Source: a virus. From it: a stretch of DNA of 64,000 nt. Of this stretch, positions 13,299 through 28,781 are shown one piece after another (the first letter of the stretch is position 1; each line of letters opens with the position of its first letter). The DNA lies in the IMG/VR virus record IMGVR_UViG_3300001279_000031, positions 1 to 64,000 of that record; one strand, given 5' to 3'. Both the position numbers and the translations under genes were made by a program. Under the pieces are notes generated by a model. That model ran no database searches. It had not been told where the DNA came from and saw only the letters and a program-made list of their open reading frames with translations.

Positions 13299-15365
13299 AT
13301 GATAAATTATTACGATTAGCCAGCTTAGCAACCATATGTAGACACGCATGTGGATTTACCTACACAAGTAATGTCAATGCTAGCTGAGGCTTATAAAAAT
13401 AGATATGAACAAACATAGCAATAGTTTTAGAATTATATTTCTACGTATGGCAATTTTACATCACCAATACCATCTGATGTAAATAGTTATGATAAAGAAA
13501 CTGTTGGTAGGTTATAGAATACTTTATAGAATTTGAATGATCCTAATTGGTTAAAAACGCCAGAAGGATAGAGTGCTATAAACAATGTTATTGAAACTAC
13601 TGATTATTCTAAGTTAGGACAATTGTCGCAAAGTGCTTAGAATGCTCAAGCGTATTTAAAAAATGCACAAATACTAGCTGCTTAGGGTAAGTATAACTCT
13701 AATTGGGATAAATTGTCTGGTATGAGTCCGTCAAATTGGAATACATCCACACAAGGTGTGTTTAATTATACATCGCCAATAGAATATCAAACTCCTACTC
13801 AATTAAGTTCTCAATATTATCAGAATTTAAAACCAGGTACAATAGGTTATAAGTATGATAAAAATGGTCTTAAATATAGTATCACTGGCATAAGTAAATA
13901 GAATATATATGATATAGCAAATAGTTCATATAATGCTATAGCAAATACTCCGCAGGGCCAAATGTATTTAAAGTCTTATAAGGCATAGGGTATGAATGAT
14001 CAGCAAGCTGCACAACAATTTAAAAACGATATTGTCTCAGCCAATATGTCTGCTACAATGAATCCTACAGTTAAAGTAGATGAGGGTTCTCTAGCAGCTT
14101 GGCAAACAGAACAAAATGCTAAACTAGAAATGGCTAAATTGGGTGCACAAGAAAATTTTGAATTAAAATTAGCTGCTTTAAAGCAAAATGCTAAGAATGC
14201 TACAACTACTAGTAAAAATGCTTCGTCTACTGGATCTACCGGTTATAATGTACCGTATACTACTTTGTTACAAATGGATCAGAATAAAAGTAATATGAAA
14301 CAACTTGGTATGTCGCCACAACGATTTGCGTATAAAGTAGCATTGAATACTGTTAACAATCTAACGCATAACACTCAACGTCCTGTGGCATTTAGAGCTG
14401 CTATGGCTAGACCAATAACAATCGGTGGCATTACAACCACTCCGCAACAAATAATAAATAGTTATAATTAGTTTGCCAATGACTATAAAACATTACAAAC
14501 CAATAAGCAAGCACCATAGGAAACTTAGGGTAGATATGCTGCAAATTCAGCATTTCTTAGTAGACTTTCCAATTCGTTTTATATGGAAAAAGCTTATGCT
14601 AAAGCAAGTAACGGTTAGCATTCTAATATAATAACTAGTACATTTGATCCGTATACTCACACTCCCGATAGAGAAGCTTATAACAATACAATAAATGCAA
14701 TGGCAAATAGTATGTCAATTCCAGTTACTGGTATTGGCCAAGAATCTATCGCGAAAGCTTTATCTAATAATTAGAATGCTAATAAAAATGGTTGGTATTC
14801 AGTAAAGGGGTTACAAACGGTAATGCCTGAAAATATCATGAGTAATTTTGCCGGTTCTAATTTGTCTAAAACATATAATGACAATGGTAAGCCGATAACA
14901 AATCTTGGTGAACTAGTAGAAACCGGTAAATTAGGTCCTCACGCTGAATTTAAAGTAGGTAATAGAGCAATAAATTATTATGATAATTAGGGTAATCAGA
15001 ATATGGCTAACCTTGGTACAATACGCGTGCCATACGAAGAAATAGAAGGTAATTTGAAATCTAGATATGGTCATTATATTAGTGGTTTAAATCCATTAAG
15101 TAGTAATCAATTAAAACATCCGTTTACTGGTATGAAAGAATCTTTGTAGAAAGATTATGGTGTTACTTTTGGTGAAGAACAATCTGGTTCTGGCAAAAAT
15201 GCTACATCAAAAACGTATGTATATATTCCTGTTGGTATAAACGTACCTACTGGAGCTACAACAAATGAAGTGAATATGAATTATGCTAGTCACTTCTTAC
15301 CAAAGAAAGAATTAGGTGAAACATTTAATGCATATGCAATGGATGCAGAAGGTTTAATGCCATAA
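13299..15365 (+). CDS. Virion cargo/ejection protein, ~688 aa, TAG-recoded
   Basis: In frame with ORFs 13713-13901 and 13992-14471; ends TAA 15363-15365. Confidence 0.7.
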
Positions 15366-15383
15366 TAGTAATAATAAAATAAT

Positions 15384-18300
15384 ATGAGCAAAAATACATA
15401 TAACACCGACGCCTGGAATCTGTTCAGAAACTATAATAAACTACATAACACACTGCCAATGGGTGATTTAGATACTTATTCTAAAAGCATCACCAATGCA
15501 GCAGCTAGTTAGTTTGCAGCTTCACAAACTCCAGATGATTACGGAATGATACAATGGGCCAAAGATACGTGGCATGGGTTAGCATCAACTTATAATAGTA
15601 CAAATAGGGATACTGAATATGGTAATGCAACATATGATGATTCTGATATAAATGATCTTGATAAAGCACAACAGTATTTGCAAACAAAGAAATAGTTATA
15701 GGATGAAGAAAATGCTTTGACTTAGGCTATTGTAAAAAAAGATCCACAACAACAGCAAGCAGCAAAGAACAATATACATGCATTAAATACTAAGATATTC
15801 TCAGAAGGATTGAATACTGCATATCAAAAGATATTTATCAATAATGATTTTTTATCTAGTGATATAAATGCACAATTTGACCCTACCAAAGACCCTTAGA
15901 ATTAGATTGCTTAGATGTAGCAAGCAAAACAAGTTCTTGCTCAATAGCGATAGTAGCATATAGCCAATGGTAATGACTATTAGAAATCTGTTGATTACCA
16001 TACTGACTTAGAATCTAATTATTGGAAATACAAATCTTCATAGAATACACCATTTTCGTTTACTGATCCTGATACATACTTATATAAAATGCCTGGTATA
16101 ATAGGTGCCTTTGCTCAAGGACCATTATACCAGCTTGGTGGTTATATAGGTTCGTATTTAGCTACAGCGCTGGGTCCTTCAATGATAGCTGGTGCAGAAT
16201 CTGGTAGTATAGGCGGACCAATTGGTAGTACGGCAGGTACAATTGCTGGCGTTGCCACAGCACTTGGTGGTGCTGCATTAGCAGTTGAATCAAATATAAA
16301 GTCTCGTGGACTAATTACAGCTGCTAGGGCATATAATGATTATAAGTAGAATGTATTAAACAAAGCTACTGCCGCTAATGTAAACATGGATAATGTTTAT
16401 CAAGCAGTTCGTGATCAATCATATCAAAATACAGGTATACTTAATACTAGTGACAACGATAAATTATTAGACGATTTGTTACTTAATAAAGTAGCATCTG
16501 GTAATAGTGTTTTTGATCGTGCAAAAATTAATGCTTTTAAAGGATTAAATTATGATGTATCACGAAATAATGCATTAGCAGCTGCTGATGTAGCTAGTGA
16601 TGCATTAATGGTTACACCAGTTGGAAGATTAACTTAGTTGGCACGTAAAATACCTGGCGTAAATAAAATAGGAAATGTAGCTAATGGCTTAGGTAACAAA
16701 GTATCTGATAAAATAGACGACATACTAAGATTTGGTATATAGAATGTACCTGAAAACTTAAATAAAATAAACACCATAAAACGTGTTGCCAATATTGGTG
16801 GTAGAATAGCTCTTACTGGTGTAAATGCTGGTAATGAAATGGGTATATCATCAATGATTGCTAAAGACTATCAAAATGGTGAAACTGACGAAAACCCATC
16901 TTTGATAAAAAGTATTGGCTAGAACCTTATAGATGGTCCACGTTCTACAGTTGCTGCTTTTACACCATTTGATCCTCAATATTCAAGTGACCAATCGTTT
17001 ATAAATAATTATAAAAGTGGTATGTTAGGTGGTATGTTTGCTAGTGCTGTATTAGGAACACTTACCAATACTGGCGATTTCGTTGATCAGACCAAAATTA
17101 ATAAAGTTGTTGGCGATGCATTTGCAAATCAATATGCCGCTAAAGACTTTATAAATAGCAATATTCAATATTCGAAATCTGCTAAATATGGTAATGATGC
17201 CCGTGTTAATTCTGCATTTGACACATTAAAATCTATGAATATACCGGATTTAACTCCAGAATTATTCGAATCTGAAAAGAAGCAAGCAGCTGCTACAATG
17301 TCTTTTTCAAATAGATAGAGTGCTAAAGACTTTTCTAAAAATAGTTTAGGTATAGATCCTAAATCTGATGATTATGATACCTATGTAGCATTAAATATGT
17401 ATTATCGTCAACGTGCAGATATTGCTAGTAAAGATTTAAGTAATGCTACAAATAATGCAAATCAATCTGATGAATCTAAAGAAATATTTAACGACTTTCA
17501 GAACGAAATAAATAAGAATTCAGATAACAATTCTGATTAGCAAACAATAAATGAAATTTTAAAGCAAAAAGCATTAATCATTAGTTTATAGTAGGCAGCT
17601 GATAACCATTATGCCGTTAAACCAAACGATGATACTCGCGATGGATATAATAAAGTTGGCGCTGCTATACAGTCGAATACAAATTAGGCTATATCTGTAT
17701 TATCTGAGTTAGTAAATCAATTATCTTCTGATACTGATAAAAATCAGGTAAATGAATTATCAAACAAATATGCTTAGGATCTAAGTCAAGTATATACTAA
17801 AAATCATGTTTCTGATTACACTGTAGATGCTACTGTTGCTAATGCTGATGCAATACGTATGTCACCGTATCAGCAATCATCTTTAGTTTCTAGATTACCT
17901 AAAGATGAACAAAAGAATATTGCTGATGAAACAAATGAAGATCATGCTGCTTTTATTAAGTCAAATATAAAAAAATACAACGATACTGTTACTGCTGATC
18001 AAGCATTTGAATAGAATATTCATTATAAAGACGTTGGTGCACAAACAACAGAACCAGAGAATACGGTTAAACAAATTAGTTTACGCGATGGTTAGGATCA
18101 AGATTCTGAACCAATTCCAGAACAACCTATACAGCCTGTACCACAAGAAAAACAAAATCAACAATCTAGTCCAACTACAAATTTATAGTCTAATCCTATA
18201 AACGAACCAAAAACAGTATACGCTAGATCTATCTCCACTGATACATAGCCAATTACTAGTTCAACACAAGTAAAATCTACAAAGAATTAGCCAACGCACA

Positions 18301-21300
18301 TATATACTATAAATAAAGCCAAGGAAATAGCTACATCAGAAAAAGAAGTATAGTTTAATAATACTTCAAAATTAATTAGTTTATACGATTTAGCAAATTA
18401 CAGTAATGAAGGTAAACTGAATGATTTAACTGGCGATGAGTAGAAAGCAATAGCAAATAATTATAATATCATATCTAAAGATTAGGAAATAAAGGCGTAT
18501 CCTAAAAATGAAGACAGATTAAGTCAAATTAGTGATGCTTTTCCATTTGTTAAAGAAAATACATCAAATACAGCCGTAGAATAGTCCTAGGAAGCTCAGG
18601 GAAGCCCTGTAACGAAAGATAATACTCAAGATGAACAATCTATCCAGAATGAATAGAAAGTGCCTTAGAACGCTTCTAAAGAATAGGGAAATGAACAGCA
18701 AATATCTAATAGTAAAACTCAAATTGTATTAAATCCGGATCAAGAAGAATCGTACGATTAGGAAGACGATATAAAAAATAATAGATTAGATGATCAAAAA
18801 TAGTAGTTATAGGTAGGGGATAACGTGCAAACAAAACAAGGTGATATATTTTAGATAACAAAGATCAATGACAACAGAGTTACTGGTGAGAATGCTAATG
18901 ATATGTTTTACTCTTTTAATAAAGATGATTTACAGAAAACCGATAAGCCATTAATAAAAAAAGATTTAATACGAGAAAATTATGTAAAAAAGACGCCAGA
19001 GCAACGTAGACTTGGTGAAACTAAACTATTTATTAATGACAACTTTAAAAAATTAAATGATTCAAATTCAACTTTAAAAGATAAGTAGGAAGCACTAACT
19101 AATATTGAGAATGAAATACAAGTTCATTCGTAGCTAAACAGTTCACGTGATGAAAAGGAAGTGTTACATATATCAGATAGGTAGAAACAATTTTTAGATT
19201 AGTATCATAAAGAATTATTTAATGACGATCAGCCAGTCCCAATATAGCCAGAAGAAATTAAAACTTAGAATGGTAAAAGTGATAAGGCTATAGATACTGT
19301 TAAGCAACAAGTAAATAGTGCACAAGATACAAAAGACAATGAAGGTTATTTAAATTATATACACAATCATAATGATGTAGAAAATACTACCGATTTAAAC
19401 GAAATAAACGAAGATAATCAACAGCAAACTGAAAAAACTCCTGTTAACCAAAAACCAATTACTGAAGTTAAAGGCAAAACTATTTCTGAACAAACATAGT
19501 TGCCTTAGGAAAAAACAATACAAGAACAAACAGAAAATGGATTAACGCCAGAACGTATAAATAAAGAAGCCAATGATACATATAAATCAGTAGCTACACA
19601 AAATACAGATGGCATATCGCATAAATTAAAGTTTATAACATATGGACCGGCAAATACATATTCTGGTTTTGAGAAAGGGAAAATAGATCCTGTATTCAAT
19701 CATCCTTATGCTGATAGATGGGAAGCTGCTAAAACAATATCAAAATTAGACTTTATAACAAAATCTAAAGTACGTGTTCAATTATAGCCGTTTAAATATA
19801 GTGATGGCAGCATTTCTACTGCAATATATATATTATTTGATTATAATGATAAAACATATGTATCAGCTATAAATGCTGATATAGGTCACAATAGAAGTGT
19901 GTTAAATCTTGGTGATAATGAAAAAGCTAATCTTGTAAAAAATCACATAACTGCATTGCGCAATAAAATAATATATTTACACGATGCTGCCGTTACTAAT
20001 AAATTGGATGCCCAAATAGTACCAATTGGTATAAAACGTACTAATGGTAAGTTATTTACTTCTGGTGCTGATATTAAGGACTACAATTTAAAGGTAGATT
20101 AGACCAAAATAAACAATCAATCGGTACTTAATAACCCAGTATTTGGATTACCTAAAAATCCAATGGATATTGATCCAGATGATGTAAAGATTGGTATCGG
20201 TAGACAGGGTGGTATTACTTATAAGGGAGTTGTATATGCATCTAGGCAAGTTAATATGGGTAGTCCTTATATAATAATACCTGCTGAAAATACTCCTGGA
20301 AACTCTGCGACTATTGTTAGATTATTTGCTAAACAAATATCCGATGAACCAAAAGCATAGCAACCAAAAATAGCAGAACATTTGTTAAATTTATTGTTAT
20401 CTAACAGAAGCGATAAATACATGAACTATGAAGTTACTAATGGTTCTGTGTTAGATTTCTTAGTTAACAATGGTCCAAAAACATTAAACAGCGCATAGAA
20501 TGCAGATGGTACACCTAAGGGTGTAGATTTGCAAAAGAAGATATTCTCATTAACAAAGGATAATAATAACAATTATACTAAAGCAAACATATGTGGCACC
20601 ACTTATGATGTATCAGATTTAATAGATGATAGTGATATTAGATAGAAAGCTATAAACGACATCACGGAAAATATAGCATATAATATTGATAAAGATGCTA
20701 TCTGGTCACAATATTTTGGACATATACAAAGTGAACTAAATCCATTTAGAAATGTATTCTAGTAGATGGTAGCATCAAAAGATAAAAACACAACTTTTGA
20801 GTTAATACCTAATATATTATCAGTATCACCAGACGAGTTTGGTCTTAAATGGAATGATTCTAATAATAGATTTGAAGACAATCGTGAACATATACGTGGT
20901 ATATCTATGGTAGGATTTATGATGAAAAACGGTTGGCTAAAATCTGACCTAGATGTAGAAAATCCATTTGTAAAATCTGATATATACATAGATGATGCAA
21001 AGCTTCAAACAAAACAAGATACTGATCAAATAAAAGAATCCGTTAAAATAGCTAAAGCAGTAACTACATTAAATATAGAGCCAACCCCTAAATCTGATTT
21101 AACAATAAATGAAGCACTTGAGAAGTTTATGGGCGGTGATTTTGACGGATTTAATAAAGACGACGGCTTAACTGGAGCACCAAAGATAGAAATAAATCCT
21201 ACTTATACTAACAAACTTGCTGTTGATGATGCAAAGCAATGGATTGGAGCAACTTTAGGATTATCAACTGAAGATAATTCATTACAGATCGTTGATACGG

Positions 21301-24300
21301 TATTAGATGTAACAAGAGCTGGTGGAAAAGTTATGGGATTAAGCAAAATAGACTGTGTGATATTATCTACACAAGGTAGAAAAGGTATTTAGTATCACGA
21401 AGCTTGGCATAGAGTGTCTAACCTGCTAATCGATAATAAAACTAGGTAGAAAATATTTGATAGATATCGTAAACATATAAAAAATAATAATCTTACAGAT
21501 TAGTAGGTGGATGAAGGATTGGCAGATGCTTTTATGGAATTTATGCTTACTAAATCTCCAACAATTGATTATTAGACAAATAATTGGTTTAAACGTACAG
21601 TAAATTTTGCCAAAACTTGGTCTAAAACCGGTAATTACAAATTAGCTAAAGTTTATAATAACATAAATATAGGTAAATACAGAAAAACTACTACTAACAA
21701 TCAACAAATATTACGCTTTAGACAATTATATGGTAATTTGGGTGCACCGTATATGGTAAATGGTATTAAATTTAACAATTTAAATAATAGTGCATAGATA
21801 AAAAGTATAACGTAGTCTTTAATGAGTACTTTGTTGTTCACTACTAACAAATATAGTGATGTTAAGAAAATAGATTTTTCATTTACTAGGTAGTTGTTTG
21901 ATAATCAAATACAAAAATATAAAAAACTTGCTGAATCTGGAGATCCTATCGATGTAAACAGATATGAAACAGCAAAAGAAATATAGGATCATTTAGATGA
22001 TGTGTTTTTCCCAAAAGTAGAACAAATATTACGAACGTTAAAGATAAACCTTAAATAGGATGAAAATGATATTAGTCAACATATAAAAGCATCATACGAA
22101 TATTCTAAATTAAACAATGCTACAACAGCTATAAAATATCTATTTCAAACGATACCTGTTTATAAAGATAATGGCAATGGCACTTTATCGTTGGATACAG
22201 AACCGTTAACAGGATTACCTAGATTTTATGATCCTAATAAAGCATCGAACCGTATATTAAAAGATTTAAATAATTATACTAATATAAAAGATATGTAGGA
22301 TGCTATCACTAAATTGGGTTAGATAGATCCGTTTTATCGTGATCTTGCCAAACGCCTTGTTACAATAAGAGACGAGTAGACATGGACACAGTTTGAGACG
22401 TTATTGCATTCTGCTAAACATAATTTTATAACTTGTAAAATAGCTAAAGATCCACAAAGCCAGTTTGTAAAGATACAATTTGTTAATAATACTGTTGATT
22501 ACAAGGCTATGCAATATCCTAAAATATGGTCTTCAATGTTGTTTAACAATAACAATATATTGAATACAGAAAAATATGAAGATAGTAATTATCATACAAA
22601 ACTAACAACGCTTGGAAATAAAATAATAAGTAGAGCTACATCTTTATACAAATCTATAGACGCTGGTTTTAAAAGTAGCGATAAAAAATATGATATTATA
22701 CTTGTTGGCGGATAGAAATAGTAGATTGACTTAAATACGCACGAAGGAATAGAATATACTAAAGATCTTTTAGTAAAAATACTCAACAATGTCGGTATTA
22801 TGATAGATAAAGCTACCATAAACAATGCATTGTTGTCTAGTAATTATTATAATGCTACTCAATTAAGTGAGTAGTAGTTATTACATACATTTGTTACTGG
22901 TTCTGCTGGTAAGAATATAGGTGGATTACGTAATATATTTAGTCTATTAGAAGATGTACAAAAGCAAGCATTACATAACAATAATATAATAGACAATGTA
23001 CCTACTAGATTTTCTACATCGAATCGTATAAGTGCAAATAACATATATGGTGATAATGGTTTTATAAAATTTTTAGCACAACAATATTCTAAATCTTATA
23101 CGGATACTGAAGAAATGATGAGTTTGGGTGCTAATGGCAATAAACTATATCCTATAGCTGATAATAGTTTTGTATTTGATAGAGTAAATGAATTAAATAC
23201 AGATAAAGATGTTGTATCTAAATTAATGAACAATACATATTCTAAAGGTTCTTTAATATTAAATCAATTATTGTATAATAAAAATACCAAAATAAATACA
23301 GAAACCTTTGTTAATTTTAAAGAAGACCTATCAAACGATAAGGGTAGTGATTACTTCAAAATAACAGATAAAGAAGATTATATAGCAAAGTTATGTGCTA
23401 TGGAAAGTAATAGAATTGTATTTCCAACAATAGCAGATAAAAAAACATACTACTTTTTAACTGGCGTTGAATTGCCTCATATGCAAACGCAGTTCCATTT
23501 AAATGCCGACAATAAAATTATATTTGATTATGGTCAAGACTTTTTAAATCAATTTAATAAATATATTGATGATGATTATGCATCAGTAAAGCTTGGTATA
23601 AAACAAGTAGATGATAGTAAAGAAGGAAAACTAGATCCAGAATGGATATCACCAGAAAAGCGTATTAAAAATTATTAGACACCTAGTAAACTTACAATGA
23701 ATAATGGTACTACTAAAAAAATAGCACCTAATTGTACTAGGTTTAGATTTATAAGTGGCATATATTATCGAGATAATAAAGGTGAACGATTTGTTGATTT
23801 CAACAATTTAAATAGTACTCCGAAAGATAATTTATTATAGTTTGAAAACATGTTCTATAACACTGAGTATAAGAACGATATGATATCTACTATAATTGAT
23901 AAATTAATGACAGATGAATTGAACTATTGTAAAGAATTAGGTATTGTAGATTTTAAAATCAATCCTGCTACTAATAAACCAAATATAAACACTATAAAGA
24001 ATATTTTATTAGATCAATAGAAATTAAATTCTGTAATTTCAGTTTATTCTAATCACACAATACCAACAGTAAGTAATCATGCAGAAGCATATGCAGTATA
24101 TGACACTATAGCTAGATGCTTAATGAATAGTGTTATTTCTGTAAATGAAATAGAAAAATTATTTAGTGGTGATCCAGCATTTTATAAGTAGGTTGCTATT
24201 CAAAATAAACCATTGGATGTATCTATAGATAAAATAAAGCGTTTAGGTGCATTAACTTCCACTGGTACAAACAATAGACTAGATTTTGAAGCATATCCAA

Positions 24301-27300
24301 TAAATACAAAATATACTTGTGCTGAATTAAAAGATATCGAAGTAGGTTCTGATATGTATGAACAATTACGAGATACATTTGTAAACGGTGCAATTAACGA
24401 TCTATATAAAACTGGTGTTGTTACTCATAAAGAAAATGAACTAACTGAAAATGAGAAATCTTTAATTCAATAGGCTAAAACATTAGGTTAGTCTAGAGCG
24501 GATAGTTATAAATCTGGTATTAATGTCGCTGATGCTGCTGCTTATATATCTCCGAAGATGTATTATAATTTGATGCGTATGGTTGGTAACATCGACAACA
24601 AAACAGCATTAGGTTATAAGTTAATGACTGAAGAAGATAGATTGTATTTAAATACAAAAGAAGCATAGTACTTATTAAAATATGCCAACAAGTCAATACA
24701 AAAAGAAGGTGATAGATACTATATAGATGATCCAGCAGATAAGGTACTTTCCGATAAAGATTTGTATAAAACAGCAATGAATTCATCAATGTAGGTATTG
24801 AAATATATGGCATTTGGAAATAGAGATCAATAGAATCAAGATGGTTCTACTAATACGTTAATACCTTATTACAATAAAATGGCATTACAACCACTATTTA
24901 AAGGTATAGCTACAGGTTCTATTAAACCATTATATGATAGAATGACAGATAAAGATGATCCAATAGATATGATCATGTTTGAATCCGCTGTTAAATCTGG
25001 CTCACAAAATCCTATGGATTATTATTCTGATTTTAAGACAGGTTCTGTAAACGACCTAAATAAACTTACTACTTATCAGTAGTAGTTTAAATATCTCAGA
25101 CAATAGTTAAATACCGATCCACACGACGAATTAGAATCATAGTTTTGTACGTAGCCATTAAAGATTGCAATGTCTAACATGCAAGATGATGAAAGTTACG
25201 GTATTGGCGAAGACGTATTAAAAGGCAATGAAATAAAGTAGTAGGTATTTGATTCTGTGAAAGCATTGTCTGATATTGGTGCAAATGATATAAAAAAGAA
25301 ATTATTTGATAAAGAAGGTAATATCAACGATTAGAATTTTATAAATATGTTACGTGAGCAAGCTGAATAGTCTAATGCTGATGATAACATATTAAATGCG
25401 CTAATTGTAAAAGACGGTAAACCAACAATACCATTGGCTGCATTATCAGATAATGCGTGGCTTGAAAGTAGATTAATATCCTATATCAATAAACAAGTTA
25501 TAGACATTAAAGTAGCTGGTGTACCAATGATACAAAGATCTGATTTTGGTATAAAGAGTGATAGTAAAATCAAAACATTATCAGATAAAGATATCAATTT
25601 AGGTTATAAACTAAATATGTATAATTAGGATGGTTCAATGGATTGCATACCATCTATTAGTTTGTTTAGAAACATAATACCGAATTATAATATGATATCT
25701 TTTAATGAAGCTAAAAAATGGTTAATTGACGAACATATAATAGGTAATAAATCAAAAATTGGTGGAATATCATATCGTGTTCCTACATAGGCAGCGGCTT
25801 CAATATCTGCAATAAAATTTTGTGATGTATTACCAGCAATGACTGGCGATAGCATTGTATTCCCTGACGAATTTACTAAATTAACTGGTTCAGACTTTGA
25901 CGTTGATAAAGCATTTTTTGCAATATTTGAATATTCGAATATATTTGATCACACAATCGATGGTATTTCTCATGGAATACATAGAAAAGAAATTGATACT
26001 ACCAAGACACTAACTCAACAAGATCCAGGAGCACTTAAAAATAGAATATTACAGAACTTCATACGTATTCTTACAACAAAAAGAATACAAGATCAATTAA
26101 AATAGTCTATTGATAATCCTACTTAGTTGGTTAAGGGTTTATTAGCTGATATCGAATCATCAGATAATACCAAAGTTAATTTGCCACTATCTTAGTATTC
26201 GCTATCATATCAAGAGTCTAAAAAGTTTGAATACACTAGTGGTAAACTTGGTATAGGTCCAGTAGCATTGAATAATGCTAATCATGTACTAACATAGTTA
26301 ACGCATTTAGCCTTTGGTAGTGAATCAAAAGATTATAAATTATTGAATGCTTTAAATGCTACAAAACTAGATAGAGTATATGATATACCTGATGGATATA
26401 CAGTTCCAAATAGAATACTAGACTGGACATCTGCTATGATTAATGCTTTTGTAGATGTAGCCAAAGACCCATATATAGTTAAGTTAAACGTAATGCCTTA
26501 TACTTATACAATGGTTATGTATCTAATACGAAGCGGATTTGGTAAACGAACTTTTTATTTCATTAATCAACCTATTTTAAAGGATATAGCAAAAGCAGTA
26601 GAAAGAACTAAAGGTAAGTATGGTATTAATAAGTATAAAACTAGAAGTTAGATACAGCAAGATACTATTGATTAGATATTAAACAAATATGATCCAAATA
26701 GTAGAATACGTAATAGAATAATATCTGAACAAAAACATAACGATAATTTCATCAATAACAAAATATTAGATTTATTTAAAGTTAATGGCACAGAAAAAGA
26801 TACAAATGGTTAGTTACAACCAAACTGTGTGTTACGTTAGTTATTAGTAAACAGACAATAGTATGATAATGATGAATTTAATCAAAGACAAATAATTACA
26901 TACCTGGCTTTTTAGCGATTGTCATTGTATGCGAACGGTTTGTCACAGTTAGTTATGTCATCTAGAATCGACACAAAACGTACTGGTAAATCGATTGCAG
27001 AACAAACGTTATATACAAATAAACTAAACGAAGTTAAATTAAATCGTAATAATATATTTGATGGCGAATTATTAAAACGTTACTTTTCAGACACGTTCTT
27101 AAATAAAGAATTTGACAATAGTATTACTTTAGCAAATAGCATATTATAGGATCAATTGATAAGGACACAACCGGTTATTAAACAATTAGCTAATAATATA
27201 TTATTCACTCTTGGTAAGATAAATTATTGTAGTAATGAGACGTTAACTAAAATAAACAGATCAATAGAAGCAGCAGTTAAATCAGAGTTTTTTAATGATT

Positions 27301-28781
27301 ACGTTGTTAAAAACAATATGAATTTATAGGATATGTTTTATGGTGACAATACTATTGCTAAACGTGTATTGAAATTAAAGAATGATATATATAGTGGTAA
27401 AATACCAAATATGTTAAATCAAGATGGTTCTATTATAAATGATTTCTTATCTTACTTGTTACCAGAAATAAATGTAAATTCAGCAATAAGTAATGACCCA
27501 GATTTAATCAATACATCAAACCTATTATCTAGTGACGCCGCTGAAAATAACAATTTAATAAATCATTGGGCTGATATGCTAGAAAATGAAAATCCTGAAA
27601 TAAATTAGCTAGCAAAGGATTTAGCGGTATACGCATTTTATACTTCCGGTGACAATCCTGGATCTAATTCCTTTTTTAAGTACTTACCCAATTCGTTTAG
27701 AGAATCTATTGGCTATAATGATTTTATACGTAATAAAATGGAATAGCTAAAGAATGATTCTGGATTGCCTATATCAATATCTAAAGATGTATTACTTAAT
27801 AATTGGTATAATGATGATATAGTAAGACCAATCAAACTGATAGAATATGGTACATCAGTAGATAATGAAACCGGTATACTTAACAATCACACTCCTTCAA
27901 TGTTAATAACGTTGAATGCTAATAAAACTAAAGACGATCCTAATGGCACACCTATATTGATCTATGGTAAACGTAGTAATCATAATATTGGTAGTGATAT
28001 ACTTCCAGCTAGTTATGCCGCAGATGATTTAAAAAATAAAATACCAATATGGTCCCCATATATAAAAGTAAATTATGGTAGATCAAATGATCCTACTACT
28101 ACCTTAATATATCGTATTGTTGGTTATACTAGTGAGGAGAATAAAAATAATAAAGTTAAATCTTTTTATCCTATTTATGGTCTCACTAATAAAAATGGTA
28201 TGAAATATCATGGGCACACAATTGTTGAATATGGTCAGTAGTCAAATCTACTAAAAGCAAATCACTTATAGTCATAGATGTGTGCAGCAAACGAACTAAT
28301 GAATTATTCATCATTTTTAGATTATTACGATAATTATAAAACTATGTTTTCTGGCAATAATGCAACACAAATATAGTTCTTTAATGAATTATTGAAGAAT
28401 ATGAATACTATTGAAGATAATATAATAAATATAAATTCTTTTGAAAAATCAAATAATTATTTATAGCAAGCTATATATGATGATGACATAGAAGATTTAG
28501 ATCAATCTGAATATAATCAAGACCCTGATACTAAGTATATAGATACAGATAAAAACACAAATGATAGTCCGGTAACAACGCAGTCTACTCCGCCTACTGA
28601 TTAGATAGAAGATTAGACATCAATAGAAAACGATTAGGATTATTTAGATTATCTCTACAACAATGGCGCTACATAGAATGAAGCTGGTTTAGCAGAGATA
28701 AATAAGTATAATCAACAAGATTATAACATACTACATGATGATGAAAATGATAATAATGATGCATTTAAAAATTGTAAATAA
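15384..28781 (+). CDS. Giant virion-associated DNA-dependent RNA polymerase polyprotein (~4465 aa) with zincin domain
   Basis: ORF-track fragments 16089-28241 share the frame of ATG 15384. HEAWH at 21396-21410, YRVPT*A at ~25773-25793, catalytic GSDFDVDK (DFDVD 25893-25907). Not every codon was checked for TAA/TGA. Confidence 0.82.
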
